A model generated the notes under the pieces. The model saw only the letters and a program-made list of their open reading frames with translations, searched no databases and was not told where the DNA came from. From Polyangiaceae bacterium (lineage in GTDB: Bacteria; Myxococcota_A; Polyangia; Polyangiales; Polyangiaceae): 64,000 bases of DNA. This document shows positions 28,378 through 38,535 of the stretch, in pieces. Numbering within the stretch: position 1 is the first letter of the stretch; each line of letters opens with the position of its first letter. Made by a program: the position numbers and the translations under genes. The DNA lies in NCBI GenBank assembly GCA_965222375.1, contig CBDCTZ010000015.1, positions 832,001-896,000 on the forward strand, read 5' to 3'.

Positions 28378-29100
28378 CTAGGTTCCGCTGCCCAAGCGAC
28401 TCGCAAGATCGCCGTGTTGATGGATGGCAGCGAGCTGTCCGGGGGTGCGCCCCTTTTCGTCGCGCTGCTTCAGATTGGCGCCGAGCATCACGAATAGCTC
28501 CGCGGCCTTTTCGTGGCCCTGCTTGGCGGCCTCGTGCAGGCAGCTGCACTCCCGGTCGTCCAGGGCGTCGACGTTGGCGCCGACGGACAGCAAGTAGCGG
28601 GCGGCGTCGACGGCATTGCGTCGGGCCGCGTAGTGCAGCGGTCGCGCCCCCTTGTTGTCGGGGTGGTTCGGGTCATCGCCGCCCACGATGCACTCTTTGA
28701 CCTTCGCAGCGTCGTTCTTCTGGGCTGCCTGATGGATCGACAGGCGACGCCGTCCGATGACCTCGAAGGACGCATCCGCATGCACCCGCAGAGCGCCGCC
28801 TTTCTTTACCTCCAGCGTGGCGACCCGCATCTGCTCGATCACGATCTTTTCGCTGCAGAAGGGACAGAACAGTCCATCCGCCGGAACCGCCGCGCCACAA
28901 AACGGGCAGTCTCGCCTTTCGCCGGCTTTGAACCCAACCACCAGGGAAGCACCGTTTTCGATCACGAGGCCACCGTCGCCGGAAGCGCCGAAACCTAAGT
29001 CTTCGAAGCCCGTCGAGTGGCCGCAGTACGGACACAGCCGCACGCAGTCGGCCGCGGCGGCTCCGCAATGGGTGCACTTCAATACGTAGCGCTTGCTCAC
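28378..29100 (-). CDS. Double zinc-ribbon plus ankyrin-repeat protein
   Basis: CTHC..CPYC, CPFC..CPFC, GARPLHYAA, CLHEAAKQGH, GRTPGQLAA; GTG start about 29100. Confidence 0.8.
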   Translation of the reverse strand: MSKRYVLKCTHCGAAAADCVRLCPYCGHSTGFEDLGFGASGDGGLVIENGASLVVGFKAGERRDCPFCGAAVPADGLFCPFCSEKIVIEQMRVATLEVKKGGALRVHADASFEVIGRRRLSIHQAAQKNDAAKVKECIVGGDDPNHPDNKGARPLHYAARRNAVDAARYLLSVGANVDALDDRECSCLHEAAKQGHEKAAELFVMLGANLKQRDEKGRTPGQLAAIHQHGDLASRLGSGT

Positions 29101-29383
29101 CAACTCGCTCCAAGCTTCTCCGCCGCCCCGGCCCGGCCCACAGCGGGAGTAGCTATTGTGCCATAGCGATGAGGCGCGTGTGACGCGCTTCGCGATGCCC
29201 GACGGGGCAACCTGAAAGGGTACAACCCCAACCGAAACCCAAACAAAGGCAGCAACCGGACAGCCGCCAAGACCGACAAAGTGCCCTCCCAACGCAAGGG
29301 TGGGTCTCGAGGGCGTTTTTGGGCTCCCCGGCCCGGCTGCCTCGAATAGGAATGTGGCGAGAGTGCGTGGCGTTGAAGACTTG

Positions 29384-29848
29384 ATGTCCAGACCGAGTTT
29401 CTTGTTGCTGCCTCTGGCGCTGTCGCTCCTCAGTGTGGGTTGCGACGGCAAGCCAGCCCGCCCCGCCGAGGCACCGGCACAAGCGGCGGCACCGACGCAA
29501 ACCGGCGGCGCAGCGTCGACGCTCGACAGCGAAGATGCCAACTCATCCGTAGCGAGCGTGCCGACAAACACTGCGGCTTCCCCCCGCGCTGACGGTTGTC
29601 ACGTGATGAACAAGACCTCGATGCCGTTGGAGCTCAGCGACACAGCCATCGACGAACCCCTGGGTGTGATTGCGCCCGGGAGTTCCATGGTTGCAGGTGG
29701 GCACTTCAAGGTCGTCGCGAAGAAGGGCGGCGAAGTGCAAGGCTACTGCGCCACGGGAACGACCGTTACCGTTGTGCGGCACGCTAAGTCCTTGAAGCTC
29801 TTGGGAGAAGACGGCCAAACGCTGCCACCTGAAGGACAAGGCCCCTAG
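29384..29848 (+). CDS. Small lipoprotein
   Basis: MSRPSFLLLPLALSLLSVGC lipobox. Confidence 0.65.
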   Translation: MSRPSFLLLPLALSLLSVGCDGKPARPAEAPAQAAAPTQTGGAASTLDSEDANSSVASVPTNTAASPRADGCHVMNKTSMPLELSDTAIDEPLGVIAPGSSMVAGGHFKVVAKKGGEVQGYCATGTTVTVVRHAKSLKLLGEDGQTLPPEGQGP

Positions 29849-29889
29849 GCGCCAGTGAGCGGCACGCGAGAATCTGATACCGTTGCGGC

Positions 29890-31101
29890 ATGCTGCTCGA
29901 CCTATCCGCACCGAGGCAGGCGCCCAGGAAGCTCTGGGCGATTGGAACTAGTTGTGTAGCCCTCGTGGCGTGCGCACTGGCGGCGTGCTCGAGCAGCTCG
30001 ACAGGCAAGAGTAGCAGCGCAACCGGGGGGCAAGCGGGCGCTGCGGGGAGCGGCGCAAGCGCAGGCAGCGGCGGCAGCGCAGGTGTGAGCGGTAGCGGGG
30101 GTAGCGCGGGAGCGAGCGGCAGTGCTGGGAGCGCAGGGGCGGGCGGCACAACGTGTTCGAGCAACATCGGGAAGGCGCCGCAACCCGTTGGCGCGACGGT
30201 TGCGAGCAACCCACGCACGTTGGCGCTCACTGAAACCGGGCTCTACTTCGCAGGCGACACACCCGCGGAGGGCACTCTCGAATACGTGGCAGGCCCAGGC
30301 GCAACGCCCACGGTGTTCAAGGCGCCGGGTAGCGCCTTCTGGGGCGTCGCCACCGACGGCAGCATGTACTTCGCTGCCGATTCCGCGCAGATGGCCATTC
30401 AGCACGAAGCCATCGGAACGTTCCCTCCGAAGCAAACGTCGGTTGCTCCAGCAGTCCCATACCTTGTCGCCGTGGATGCAACGCACGTCTACTTTGACGA
30501 CAACGCCAAGAGCGAGATTCGCCGCTTTGCAAAGGCGGGAGGCAAGGACGAGCTCGTCGCACCCAACGTGCCGGGGGTCTGGAACATCGCATCCGACGGC
30601 AAACACCTATGGGCAACCGCGGACGACGATACGCTGCGGCGCATCACGAAGGCGGATGGCTCCACGCTACCCGTCCTGGTTCCCGGCGCCCTGGACCTTC
30701 GCGGGCTGGCGGTGACCGCTTCTCACGTCTACTTCGCAACCTGGGACGTTACCGGCAAGTGCCCCACGAACACCACGAGCACGCTCTATCGTGTGGGCAA
30801 GGATGGGACGAAACTGAAGGCGCTGACCGGCAAGGTGGGCGCGATCACGTCCATGGCCGCGGACGGTTGCCATCTGTACTACACGGAAATCGGCACCTGT
30901 GCGTGGTTTACGGACGGACGGCTCATGCGCATTGCCTTGGACACGGATTCGCCCACACCCGAGGAGCTCGTCAAGGACCAAGGTCGGCCCATGGCTGTAG
31001 CGGCCAACTCCAAGTCGGTGTTCTGGATGAACGCGGGAAGTCTTTCCGGTCCGGGCGCTCCATCGGTCGTCCCGGCGGGCGTACAGCGCCTGGACAAGTA
31101 G
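29890..31101 (+). CDS. Lipoprotein, Gly/Ser linker plus beta-propeller
   Basis: LAAC lipobox, repeated VAVDATHVYF / IASDGKHLW / LAVTASHVYF blades. Confidence 0.85.
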   Translation: MLLDLSAPRQAPRKLWAIGTSCVALVACALAACSSSSTGKSSSATGGQAGAAGSGASAGSGGSAGVSGSGGSAGASGSAGSAGAGGTTCSSNIGKAPQPVGATVASNPRTLALTETGLYFAGDTPAEGTLEYVAGPGATPTVFKAPGSAFWGVATDGSMYFAADSAQMAIQHEAIGTFPPKQTSVAPAVPYLVAVDATHVYFDDNAKSEIRRFAKAGGKDELVAPNVPGVWNIASDGKHLWATADDDTLRRITKADGSTLPVLVPGALDLRGLAVTASHVYFATWDVTGKCPTNTTSTLYRVGKDGTKLKALTGKVGAITSMAADGCHLYYTEIGTCAWFTDGRLMRIALDTDSPTPEELVKDQGRPMAVAANSKSVFWMNAGSLSGPGAPSVVPAGVQRLDK

Positions 31102-31123
31102 CGGTCATTCACAGGGATCGCTG

Positions 31124-31298
31124 CGAGGCACGGAGACAATCGTTGCATCAGCGAGCTCGCGCTGCCGACACGAAAGGGCTCGCTACGAGGCACGGAGACA
31201 ATCGTTGCATCAGCGAGCTCGCGCTGCCGACACGAAAGGGCTCGCTACGAGGCACGGAGACAATCGTTGCATCAGCGAGCTCGCGCCGCTGACACGAA
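31124..31298. repeat. 62-bp tandem repeat, about 2.8 copies
   Basis: Unit cgaggcacggagacaatcgttgcatcagcgagctcgcgctgccgacacgaaagggctcgcta starting at 31124, 31186, 31248. Confidence 0.95.
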
Positions 31299-32192
31299 CT
31301 CCCGCAGGCCAGCGAGTTTGCCCCGGTACGTGGCGAGCACGGTTCTCGGAGTGACGCCGGGCTCGCGCATGGCGGCGCGGCCGAGGATTGAAAATGCGTC
31401 GATCAAGAAGCTGTAGACGAGAAACGCGCCACGACGACCGGGACCCAGGTTTTTCATCATCACATACACGCAGTTGTGTTGGATGAAGTAGGCTTTCTCA
31501 GCGTCCGCTCCCGGGCGAGCACCCGCAAGATGGCGCGGAGCATCTTGGTAGTGATCCACGGTGAGTGAGCCGTCGAAGAGAATACGGTACCCCTGCTTGC
31601 GCACGGCAAAGCCCAGATCGGTTTCGTAGTGGTGGGCATTGCCTAGGATGCGTTCGTCGAATTCGGGCATCAGCTCGCAGCGATAGCTCATGTTCACACC
31701 CTTGAGATGCTCCGCGTAGGCGACACCATCGAAGTGCTTCTCGTGGTTGCCGACGATCTTGCCGAACCAATAGATCCGACCCACCGTCGTCGCCGAACTT
31801 TCCACGACGCCACGCTCGGTGTGTATGATGTCTCGACCGCCCACGGCGCCCAGCTTCGGATCCGAATCGAACCAGTGCTCGATGCGCTCCAGCCAATCCG
31901 GCCAGGCAGCAGCATCATCATCGATGAAGCACACGATGTTGCCGGTCAGCAGCTTCATGCCAACACGATTCGCCGCGAGCACGCCGGGCTCAGTGACACG
32001 ACCGTGCCGAAAAACCGCAGGGCCGCGGTAGGTTTGTAGCGTCTCTTCGACAAAGTCCTCGGTGTCCGTGTCTCCGACGCGGGTGACGAGCACGACCTCA
32101 TCCGGCAGCCTGTTTTGCGCCAAAAGCGAGTCGATGCAGCGCTCGATGTAGGGTCGCCGACCGTAGGTCGTGACCAGCACCGACAGTTTCAT
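31272..32192 (-). CDS. Glycosyltransferase family 2
   Basis: LSVLVTTYGR, CIDSLLAQ, FIDDD, GVNMSYR, YETDLG. Confidence 0.92.
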   Translation of the reverse strand: MKLSVLVTTYGRRPYIERCIDSLLAQNRLPDEVVLVTRVGDTDTEDFVEETLQTYRGPAVFRHGRVTEPGVLAANRVGMKLLTGNIVCFIDDDAAAWPDWLERIEHWFDSDPKLGAVGGRDIIHTERGVVESSATTVGRIYWFGKIVGNHEKHFDGVAYAEHLKGVNMSYRCELMPEFDERILGNAHHYETDLGFAVRKQGYRILFDGSLTVDHYQDAPRHLAGARPGADAEKAYFIQHNCVYVMMKNLGPGRRGAFLVYSFLIDAFSILGRAAMREPGVTPRTVLATYRGKLAGLREFVSAARAR

Positions 32193-32223
32193 GACTCAGC
32201 TCAATGCCCGGATTGTCGCAGCG

Positions 32224-32892
32224 TTAGGGCACGACGAAGACCGCGCCGCACATCCCGCCGCCGGTTGCCGCCTCGGAGCCATGGCTGGTGCAGAGGTAGC
32301 CGTACGCGCCAGGGTTCGAGAAGGTCGCTTCAACGGAGCTGCCGCTCGTCGTAGCTGGGGTCGGGTTCGGCAGGGTGCCGAGGGAAGCAAAGGGAGCCAG
32401 AGGATGGAACGAGAAGCTCCCAGACCACGTCACCTTCGTGCCAGCCTTCACTTTGACGCACGGCTGATCGTAGCTGCAGCAGGTGAAAGTGATCGTCACC
32501 GAAGATTGCGCGGTGAGATCTGTCGCTGCGGCTTCGGTGCAACTGCACAGAGTGACCACGGCAGCGCCACCGGCGCCGCCCGATGCACCAGCGGATCCGC
32601 CCGACGCGCCACCCGCGCCACCGGTAGCGCCACCTGCTCCTCCGCTTGCACCTGCTGCGCCACCGGTCGCACCTGCTGCGCCACCGGTCGCACCGCCACT
32701 TCCCGCAGATCCGCCGGTCGATCCACCACTGCCTGCAGTTGAGCCGCCGCTACCGGAAGCGCCACCACTGGCGCCACCTGTCCCGCTTGCGCCCCCGCTG
32801 CTCGGTGAGTCCGAGTCGTCACTGCTACAAGCGCCGGAAAGCGCGAACACGCCGATGCAGGCGAGGGACATGAAAGTGGCTCGAGTCGTCAT
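32224..32892 (-). CDS. Lipoprotein with C-terminal cupredoxin (type-1 copper) domain
   Basis: SGAC lipobox, Gly linker, VKAGTKVTW..HP..F..PGAYGYLCTSH..MCGAVFV. Confidence 0.85.
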   Translation of the reverse strand: MTTRATFMSLACIGVFALSGACSSDDSDSPSSGGASGTGGASGGASGSGGSTAGSGGSTGGSAGSGGATGGAAGATGGAAGASGGAGGATGGAGGASGGSAGASGGAGGAAVVTLCSCTEAAATDLTAQSSVTITFTCCSYDQPCVKVKAGTKVTWSGSFSFHPLAPFASLGTLPNPTPATTSGSSVEATFSNPGAYGYLCTSHGSEAATGGGMCGAVFVVP

Positions 32893-32993
32893 GGGCAATG
32901 CACTCCTTTGTCGTGTTGATAGCGAAAACTGGGCTCCAGCGCCATCTGGCCTCAATTGCGCCGCCCTGCGTCGGCGGCTAGTCTTCGGAAACC

Positions 32994-35153
32994 ATGGCAC
33001 TTCGGAGATATCTTGCATTGCTTGGTCTTTCGCCTTTCGTACTGTGGAGCGCATGCTCGTCCACGGATTCGGGCGGCGGAAGCGTCGGCCCCGGTGGCTT
33101 TGGTGGTGGAGCCGCCAACGCTGGCACGGGCGCAAGCGCGGCGAATGGCGGTAGCGGTGCCGGCATCAATACCGACGCGAGTACTGGGGACTGCCCGGCA
33201 GTGCCTTGCGCAAACGGCAAGTACTGCCTGATGGGGCAATGCGTTGACGACTTCGGCCCCTGCACCGTGGACGCCAACGGCGACGACGATTGCGAAAACG
33301 ACAGCTACTGCGAGAACGGTCGCTGCATTCCCTTTGGCGGCACCACCAAGCAAAACGACCTCGAGTGCACCGGCGAGGGGTTCGCGGCAGAGCAGCTCAA
33401 AGAGCCCGTGGTGCGCTGCTCGTGGACCAAGACGGCCGTGATTTCCACCCCCATGGTCGCAGATCTGGATGGCGACAAGAAGCCAGAGATCTTGTTTCCC
33501 ACGTTCGGAACGGGGCTCTCGGGTGGGTCGTTGGTTGCGCTGCGTGGCGACACTTGCGCCGAAGTGTTCATGAAGCCTGCAAACCTCGGCACGCGAACTC
33601 AGCTGGCCATTGGCGATCTCACCGGGGACGGCAAGCCAGAGATCGTCGGCATACAAGGCGACAACCGCGTAGTCGTATTCGACAACACCGGCAATGTCGT
33701 GGCGACTAGTCCGACCCCCGCGACCACGGGCGGCAGCTTCAAGGACGGAGGCGCCGCCTTGGTGAACTTGGACGGCCAAGGCCCGCCGGAGATTGTCTAC
33801 GCGGGTCAAGTCTTGCGACTCTCGGGCGGCACCTTAACGGTCCTCTTCAACAAACCCGTCACGGGGGGGCACTGGGGTGTGATGACCGCTGCCGCCGACG
33901 TGGACCTGGATGGCAAGGGCGAAATCATCAGCGGCAATCGTATCTTCGACGGCATCACCGGGGCGGACGAGACTCCTCCTGGGGTTTCGTCCTTTGGTGG
34001 GGGTTACGTCGCGATTGCTCAGTGGGACAAATCCACCCCAGAGCCCGAGGTGGTGTTGATCACGTCCCAGTCGGGCTCGGCCGGGCAGATCCGCATCTAT
34101 CACCCGAAGACCGGCAACGTCGTGTTCGGTCCGTATAGTTTCGGCCAGAAGTGGGGCGGTCCCCCCACGGTGGCGGACTTCGACGGCGACGGGGAGCCTG
34201 AAGTCGGCTCCGCCGGCTTTACCGGCTACGTCGTGTTCGACAAGGAGTGCACCGCAACGCCCCTACCCTCGTTCTGCCAGTCCCCGGGCATTCGCTGGCT
34301 GAAGCCCACCAAGGACAACTCCTCGGGCTCGACGGGCAGCAGCGTCTTCGACTTCAACGGCGACGGCAAGGCAGAGGTCGTGTACCGCGACGAGTGCTGG
34401 CTACGCGTCTACGACGGAACCACGGGCCAAGTGCGCTTTGCCCAGCCCCTGACCAGCGGCACGATCTTGGAAAACCCGGTCATCGCCGACGTGGACAACG
34501 ACAATCATGCGGACCTCATCGTGCCCACGCATGGCAGTGGCGCCGGTTTCGGTTGCACGACGGAGCCGGATTTGAAGCTGCCGCATACGGGTGCACAGCA
34601 AGGCATTTTCGTGCTGCAAGATCCGGCCAATCGCTGGATGCCCTCCCGCGCGATCTGGAACCAGCACACGTATCACATCACGAACGTCAACGACGACGTC
34701 ACAATTCCGCTGGTCGAGAAGAACAACTGGGACAGCTTCAACAATTATCGCCAGAACGTGCAGGGGCTGATCACCCACAAGCCACCCAAGACGGACTTGA
34801 CCGGCGGCGAGCCAGCGACTCCGCAAGACGATTGTGTCGCGAGCTGGACGCTTAAGGCTCAGCTCTGCAATCGGGGCACGCTGCAGGCGCCTGCGGGGAT
34901 CCCTGGCACTTTCTACCTGGGTGATCCGGCGACGGGTGGAACGGTGATCTGTTCGACACAAACCGCCGCGGCTTTGGCTCCGGGAAGCTGCGAAACCGTG
35001 AGCTGCGTCTACGCCAATCCGCCGGATGGTCCCGTGGACCTGTGGTTCGTCGCCGACGACGACGGCAGCGGCGGCAAATCCGACGAGTGCAAAGAGAAGA
35101 ACAACCGCTTGCACCTGCCGGCAGCCCAGTGTGGCGGCGGCCCCCCGCGCTGA
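32994..35153 (+). CDS. FG-GAP/VCBS-repeat lipoprotein with CARDB-like C-terminus
   Basis: WSAC lipobox; ADLDGDKKPEI, GDLTGDGKPEI, ADFDGDGEPEV, FDFNGDGKAEV, ADVDNDNHADL; ECKEKNN. Confidence 0.9.
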   Translation: MALRRYLALLGLSPFVLWSACSSTDSGGGSVGPGGFGGGAANAGTGASAANGGSGAGINTDASTGDCPAVPCANGKYCLMGQCVDDFGPCTVDANGDDDCENDSYCENGRCIPFGGTTKQNDLECTGEGFAAEQLKEPVVRCSWTKTAVISTPMVADLDGDKKPEILFPTFGTGLSGGSLVALRGDTCAEVFMKPANLGTRTQLAIGDLTGDGKPEIVGIQGDNRVVVFDNTGNVVATSPTPATTGGSFKDGGAALVNLDGQGPPEIVYAGQVLRLSGGTLTVLFNKPVTGGHWGVMTAAADVDLDGKGEIISGNRIFDGITGADETPPGVSSFGGGYVAIAQWDKSTPEPEVVLITSQSGSAGQIRIYHPKTGNVVFGPYSFGQKWGGPPTVADFDGDGEPEVGSAGFTGYVVFDKECTATPLPSFCQSPGIRWLKPTKDNSSGSTGSSVFDFNGDGKAEVVYRDECWLRVYDGTTGQVRFAQPLTSGTILENPVIADVDNDNHADLIVPTHGSGAGFGCTTEPDLKLPHTGAQQGIFVLQDPANRWMPSRAIWNQHTYHITNVNDDVTIPLVEKNNWDSFNNYRQNVQGLITHKPPKTDLTGGEPATPQDDCVASWTLKAQLCNRGTLQAPAGIPGTFYLGDPATGGTVICSTQTAAALAPGSCETVSCVYANPPDGPVDLWFVADDDGSGGKSDECKEKNNRLHLPAAQCGGGPPR

Positions 35154-35259
35154 CGGGTTCAGGGGCTGAACTCCCGAGCAGACAGTTCCCGAAGCCGCGC
35201 AACCCCTTCGATCATATCGCCCCTCGACGCCGGGGCCGGAGGCCGCTACACCTGCCCGC

Positions 35260-36423
35260 ATGACTGACATCGCCATTCTCGAATCCGTCCGCTCCGCTGT
35301 TGGCCGCGCACATAAGGGCTCCTTGGTGCTAAAGCGCCCGGACGAACTCGCGGGGGACGTGATTCGCGCCCTATTGGCGCGCGTACCGCAAGTGAAGCCG
35401 GAGATGATCGACGATCTCGTACTCGGCTGCGCCATGCCCGAGGGAGAGCAGGGCTTGAACGTTGCGCGGGTCGCAGGGTTTCTGGGCGGACTGCCCGAGG
35501 AGACCAGCGCAATGACAATCAATCGGTTCTGTTCCAGTGGGCTGCAGGCGATGGCGCTGGGTGCGGGTGCACTGGCTCTCGGCAATCACGACATTGTCGT
35601 GGCCGGCGGCGTGGAGAGCATGAGCATGGTGCCGATGACCGGCTACAAGATCAGCGCCAGCCCGGAGGCCATGGAGAACTACTCCAGTGTATACACGCCC
35701 ATGGGAATCACAGCGGAGAACGTCGCGCAGAAGTTCGAGGTCAGCCGAGAGCAGCAGGACGCCTTCGCCCTCAAGAGCCAGCAAAAGGCCACCGCTGCCC
35801 GCAAAGCCGGCAACTTCGATGACGAGATTGTCAGCGTTCGCGGCATTGGTTTCGACCAGGGGAAGCGCAAGGAGTTCGAGTTCAAGACCGACGAACTGAT
35901 TCGTGAAGAGACGACGGCTGAGGGGCTGGCCAAGCTGCGGCCAGCGTTCTCAGCGAAGGGGTCCGTCACACCAGGCAACGCCTCTCCACTGTCAGATGGG
36001 GCGGCGGCTGCCATCCTGACTACGAAGGCCACGTCGGAAAAGCTGGGTGTGAAACCGAAGGCATGGTTCCGCCAGTTCACGACCGTGGGCGTGGACCCGG
36101 CGATCATGGGCATCGGCCCCGCGCCAGCGATTCGAAAGCTATTCGAGCGCACCGGGCTATCCCTGAAGGATATCAACGTCTTTGAAATCAACGAGGCTTT
36201 CGCCTCGCAGTGCGTCTACGTGCAGAGGGAGCTGAGCATCCCCGACGAGAAGTTGAACCCCAACGGTGGAGCCATTGCTCTCGGCCATCCGCTAGGCTGC
36301 ACCGGCGCCAAGCTGGTAGCGACGATCATTCGAGAGCTCGAGCGCCGAGGCGGCAAGTATGGCGTCGTCAGCATGTGCATCGGCGGCGGCATGGGTGCCG
36401 CCGGCCTGATCGAGCGCGCCTGA
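35260..36423 (+). CDS. fadA: Thiolase (acetyl-CoA C-acyltransferase)
   Basis: NRFCSSGLQA, NEAFA, GHPLG, MCIGGG. Confidence 0.93.
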   Translation: MTDIAILESVRSAVGRAHKGSLVLKRPDELAGDVIRALLARVPQVKPEMIDDLVLGCAMPEGEQGLNVARVAGFLGGLPEETSAMTINRFCSSGLQAMALGAGALALGNHDIVVAGGVESMSMVPMTGYKISASPEAMENYSSVYTPMGITAENVAQKFEVSREQQDAFALKSQQKATAARKAGNFDDEIVSVRGIGFDQGKRKEFEFKTDELIREETTAEGLAKLRPAFSAKGSVTPGNASPLSDGAAAAILTTKATSEKLGVKPKAWFRQFTTVGVDPAIMGIGPAPAIRKLFERTGLSLKDINVFEINEAFASQCVYVQRELSIPDEKLNPNGGAIALGHPLGCTGAKLVATIIRELERRGGKYGVVSMCIGGGMGAAGLIERA

Positions 36424-36431
36424 GCCGGCCG

Positions 36432-37898
36432 CTAGTGCGCACCGGAGCGAAGCGCTCCGCGGCGCAACAGACCGGCGAGCATGCGCACTGCGTCTCGTCT
36501 CGGGATCCCGCAAGAGGAAAGCACGTGCCCGACCGTGGCCCCACCGTCGACGTGTTCGATCAAGCTCGCGGCACTGGGCGTGAGGTTCAGTCGGCGGGGA
36601 TCCACAGGAGCGCACACCAGCATGGTGTCCAGAGTGCCGAGTCGGCGTTCGAAGATCCGATTCAGTGTCGGGACTATACGCGCCATCATTTCATAGGTCT
36701 CGGCATCGCGATGATGCATGGCCAAGTCGAAGAGCCGCTCGGCCGCGTAGACCGCGTCGTCCAGGCGGTCTTCTTTGGAGGCCTGCGTGGCCTCTTCGAA
36801 CAAGCGTTTCGCGCGCCGGCGGTAGCGCCCATGCTCGTCGTCGTCATGCGCGCTAGGGGGATGTTCCGGCTCGAGGGGACCCTGCGCGGGGCTCGCGGCG
36901 TCGAGTTTCGCCGCTGGCTTGGCATCCGACGGCGAGACATCCGGAGCTGGCGGAGCAACGCTGTAGAGCAGGCCGCCTTTGGGCGTCACCTTGTGACCCG
37001 GCACCTTCGCCTTCGGAATCGCCTTCTGCGTCTCGTTCACACCCACGTTGCGGGCGGCATTCTCAAGCGCCCAGGCGAACTGGGAAATGCTCGTAAATCG
37101 ATCCTTGGGTAGCTTCGACAGAGCGCGCCCTATCACGTCGTCAAAGACCGCGGGCACCCAGGGCGCAGCGGCATGTAGCGGTTTACAGTCTTCATGCACG
37201 ACCTGATACAGCACCGCCATCGGATCGTCGCCGCGGAACGGGGGAAACCCAGCCGCCATTTCGTAGACAACGACCGCAAGAGCGAATTGATCCGCACGGT
37301 GGTCGATCTCACGCCCAGCGAGGGCTTGCTCCGGTGCCATGTACTCCGGCGTGCCCAAGGCCGTGTGTTCATTGGTAACTCGGCCGCGGCCGTCCTGAGC
37401 TGAGGCGATCCCGAAGTCCAAGATCTTCACGAAGGGTGGCTGGTCAGGAACATCGACCAAGAAGATGTTGTCGGGCTTGAGGTCCCTATGCACAACGCCT
37501 TGAGCGTGAGCCGAAGCCAGAGCGGACGCGATTTGGGACGTGAGCGCCAACGCCTTCGCCATCGGGAACCTTCTCTCGCGGAAAAGGCGCTCCGCTAGGG
37601 ATTCCCCTTGAAGGAACTCCATTACGAAGTAGGGGTCGCCATGAGGCGTCTCGTGCACGTCAAAAACCTGCACGATGTGCGGATTCTGCAAACGGCCGAT
37701 GGTCTCCGCCTCGCGGCGGAAACGTGCAAGCGCCTCAGGATTCTTGCGAAACTCGTCTCGCAGAACCTTGATGGCGACGCGTCGCCCAACCCGGAGGTGC
37801 GCCGCCTCGTAGACGGCCCCCATGGCGCCCTCCGCCAAGCGACGTATCACGCGGTAGGTTTCGGACAGCACTGAACCTTCTGCCAGCACGGGGGGCAC
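36432..37898 (-). CDS. Cytoplasmic Ser/Thr kinase with winged-helix-like C-terminal domain
   Basis: GAMGAVY, VAIK, HRDLKPDN, DFG, GTPEYMAPEQ; no TM. Start placed at GTG about 37898; the upstream extension of the ORF looks non-coding. Confidence 0.9.
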   Translation of the reverse strand: MPPVLAEGSVLSETYRVIRRLAEGAMGAVYEAAHLRVGRRVAIKVLRDEFRKNPEALARFRREAETIGRLQNPHIVQVFDVHETPHGDPYFVMEFLQGESLAERLFRERRFPMAKALALTSQIASALASAHAQGVVHRDLKPDNIFLVDVPDQPPFVKILDFGIASAQDGRGRVTNEHTALGTPEYMAPEQALAGREIDHRADQFALAVVVYEMAAGFPPFRGDDPMAVLYQVVHEDCKPLHAAAPWVPAVFDDVIGRALSKLPKDRFTSISQFAWALENAARNVGVNETQKAIPKAKVPGHKVTPKGGLLYSVAPPAPDVSPSDAKPAAKLDAASPAQGPLEPEHPPSAHDDDEHGRYRRRAKRLFEEATQASKEDRLDDAVYAAERLFDLAMHHRDAETYEMMARIVPTLNRIFERRLGTLDTMLVCAPVDPRRLNLTPSAASLIEHVDGGATVGHVLSSCGIPRRDAVRMLAGLLRRGALRSGAH

Positions 37899-38187
37899 GC
37901 AGCCGTAGGCAGCAGTGGTGTGCACACGAGGCAGCGTGCGGGCCGTGGGCGGGCAATCGTCGGCGTCAGCGAGCAAAGCGCCCAAATGTGCAGCAACCCG
38001 CGTGCCGACCTGCGTCGACACCCTGAGACCCATCACTTTCGGGCTCCGGGCACACAGCTCGCGATTGCGCGCCGCGCCAAGTGCGCATCCCCTGCGCGGC
38101 GGCGGCGAGAAGCTGGAAATCAATGCGCTTGCATGGATGCTCGCGATTGACGGAGAGCATACCGTCACTAGTATCCCTGGCGTCCCC

Positions 38188-38394
38188 ATGCAGTGCGAAT
38201 CGCGCGCCATCTTGATCGTGACTCGGGAGATCGCCGGCACGTCCACTAACGTTGCAGAGCGGCGTGTGCAACTCGCATGTGCCCTAGAGAAGGGGCACGA
38301 AGGACCCCACCAGGACAACTCCGAAGGCGAAGAGTGGGAGGGCGCACCGGGCAAAGCGGTGACAGTGCTGAAGCACAAGAAATCTAGCGCATGA
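38188..38394 (+). CDS. Small protein with C..CxxxxGHxGxH putative metal site
   Basis: MQCESR..CALEKGHEGPH..W, 68 aa. Confidence 0.5.
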   Translation: MQCESRAILIVTREIAGTSTNVAERRVQLACALEKGHEGPHQDNSEGEEWEGAPGKAVTVLKHKKSSA

Positions 38395-38535
38395 AAGCGA
38401 GCATCTCGTTGCGCGAGGCGACTAGCTTGGGCCACATGGCCGCAAGCACGTCGCGAAACACGCCCGCGTAGCTCGCGCCTCCGCATGCGGCGAGCTGATC
38501 GATGGCGCTCCTTGAGGCCCGTCGGGACGAGCAGC

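Noticed and set aside
31124..31298. Possible CRISPR array (62-bp period)
   Set aside because: The whole unit repeats identically; there is no variable spacer.
37899..38486. 196-aa N-terminal extension of the kinase ORF
   Set aside because: Composition is not protein-like and it overlaps a plausible small gene on the opposite strand; likely a GC-rich open-frame artefact.
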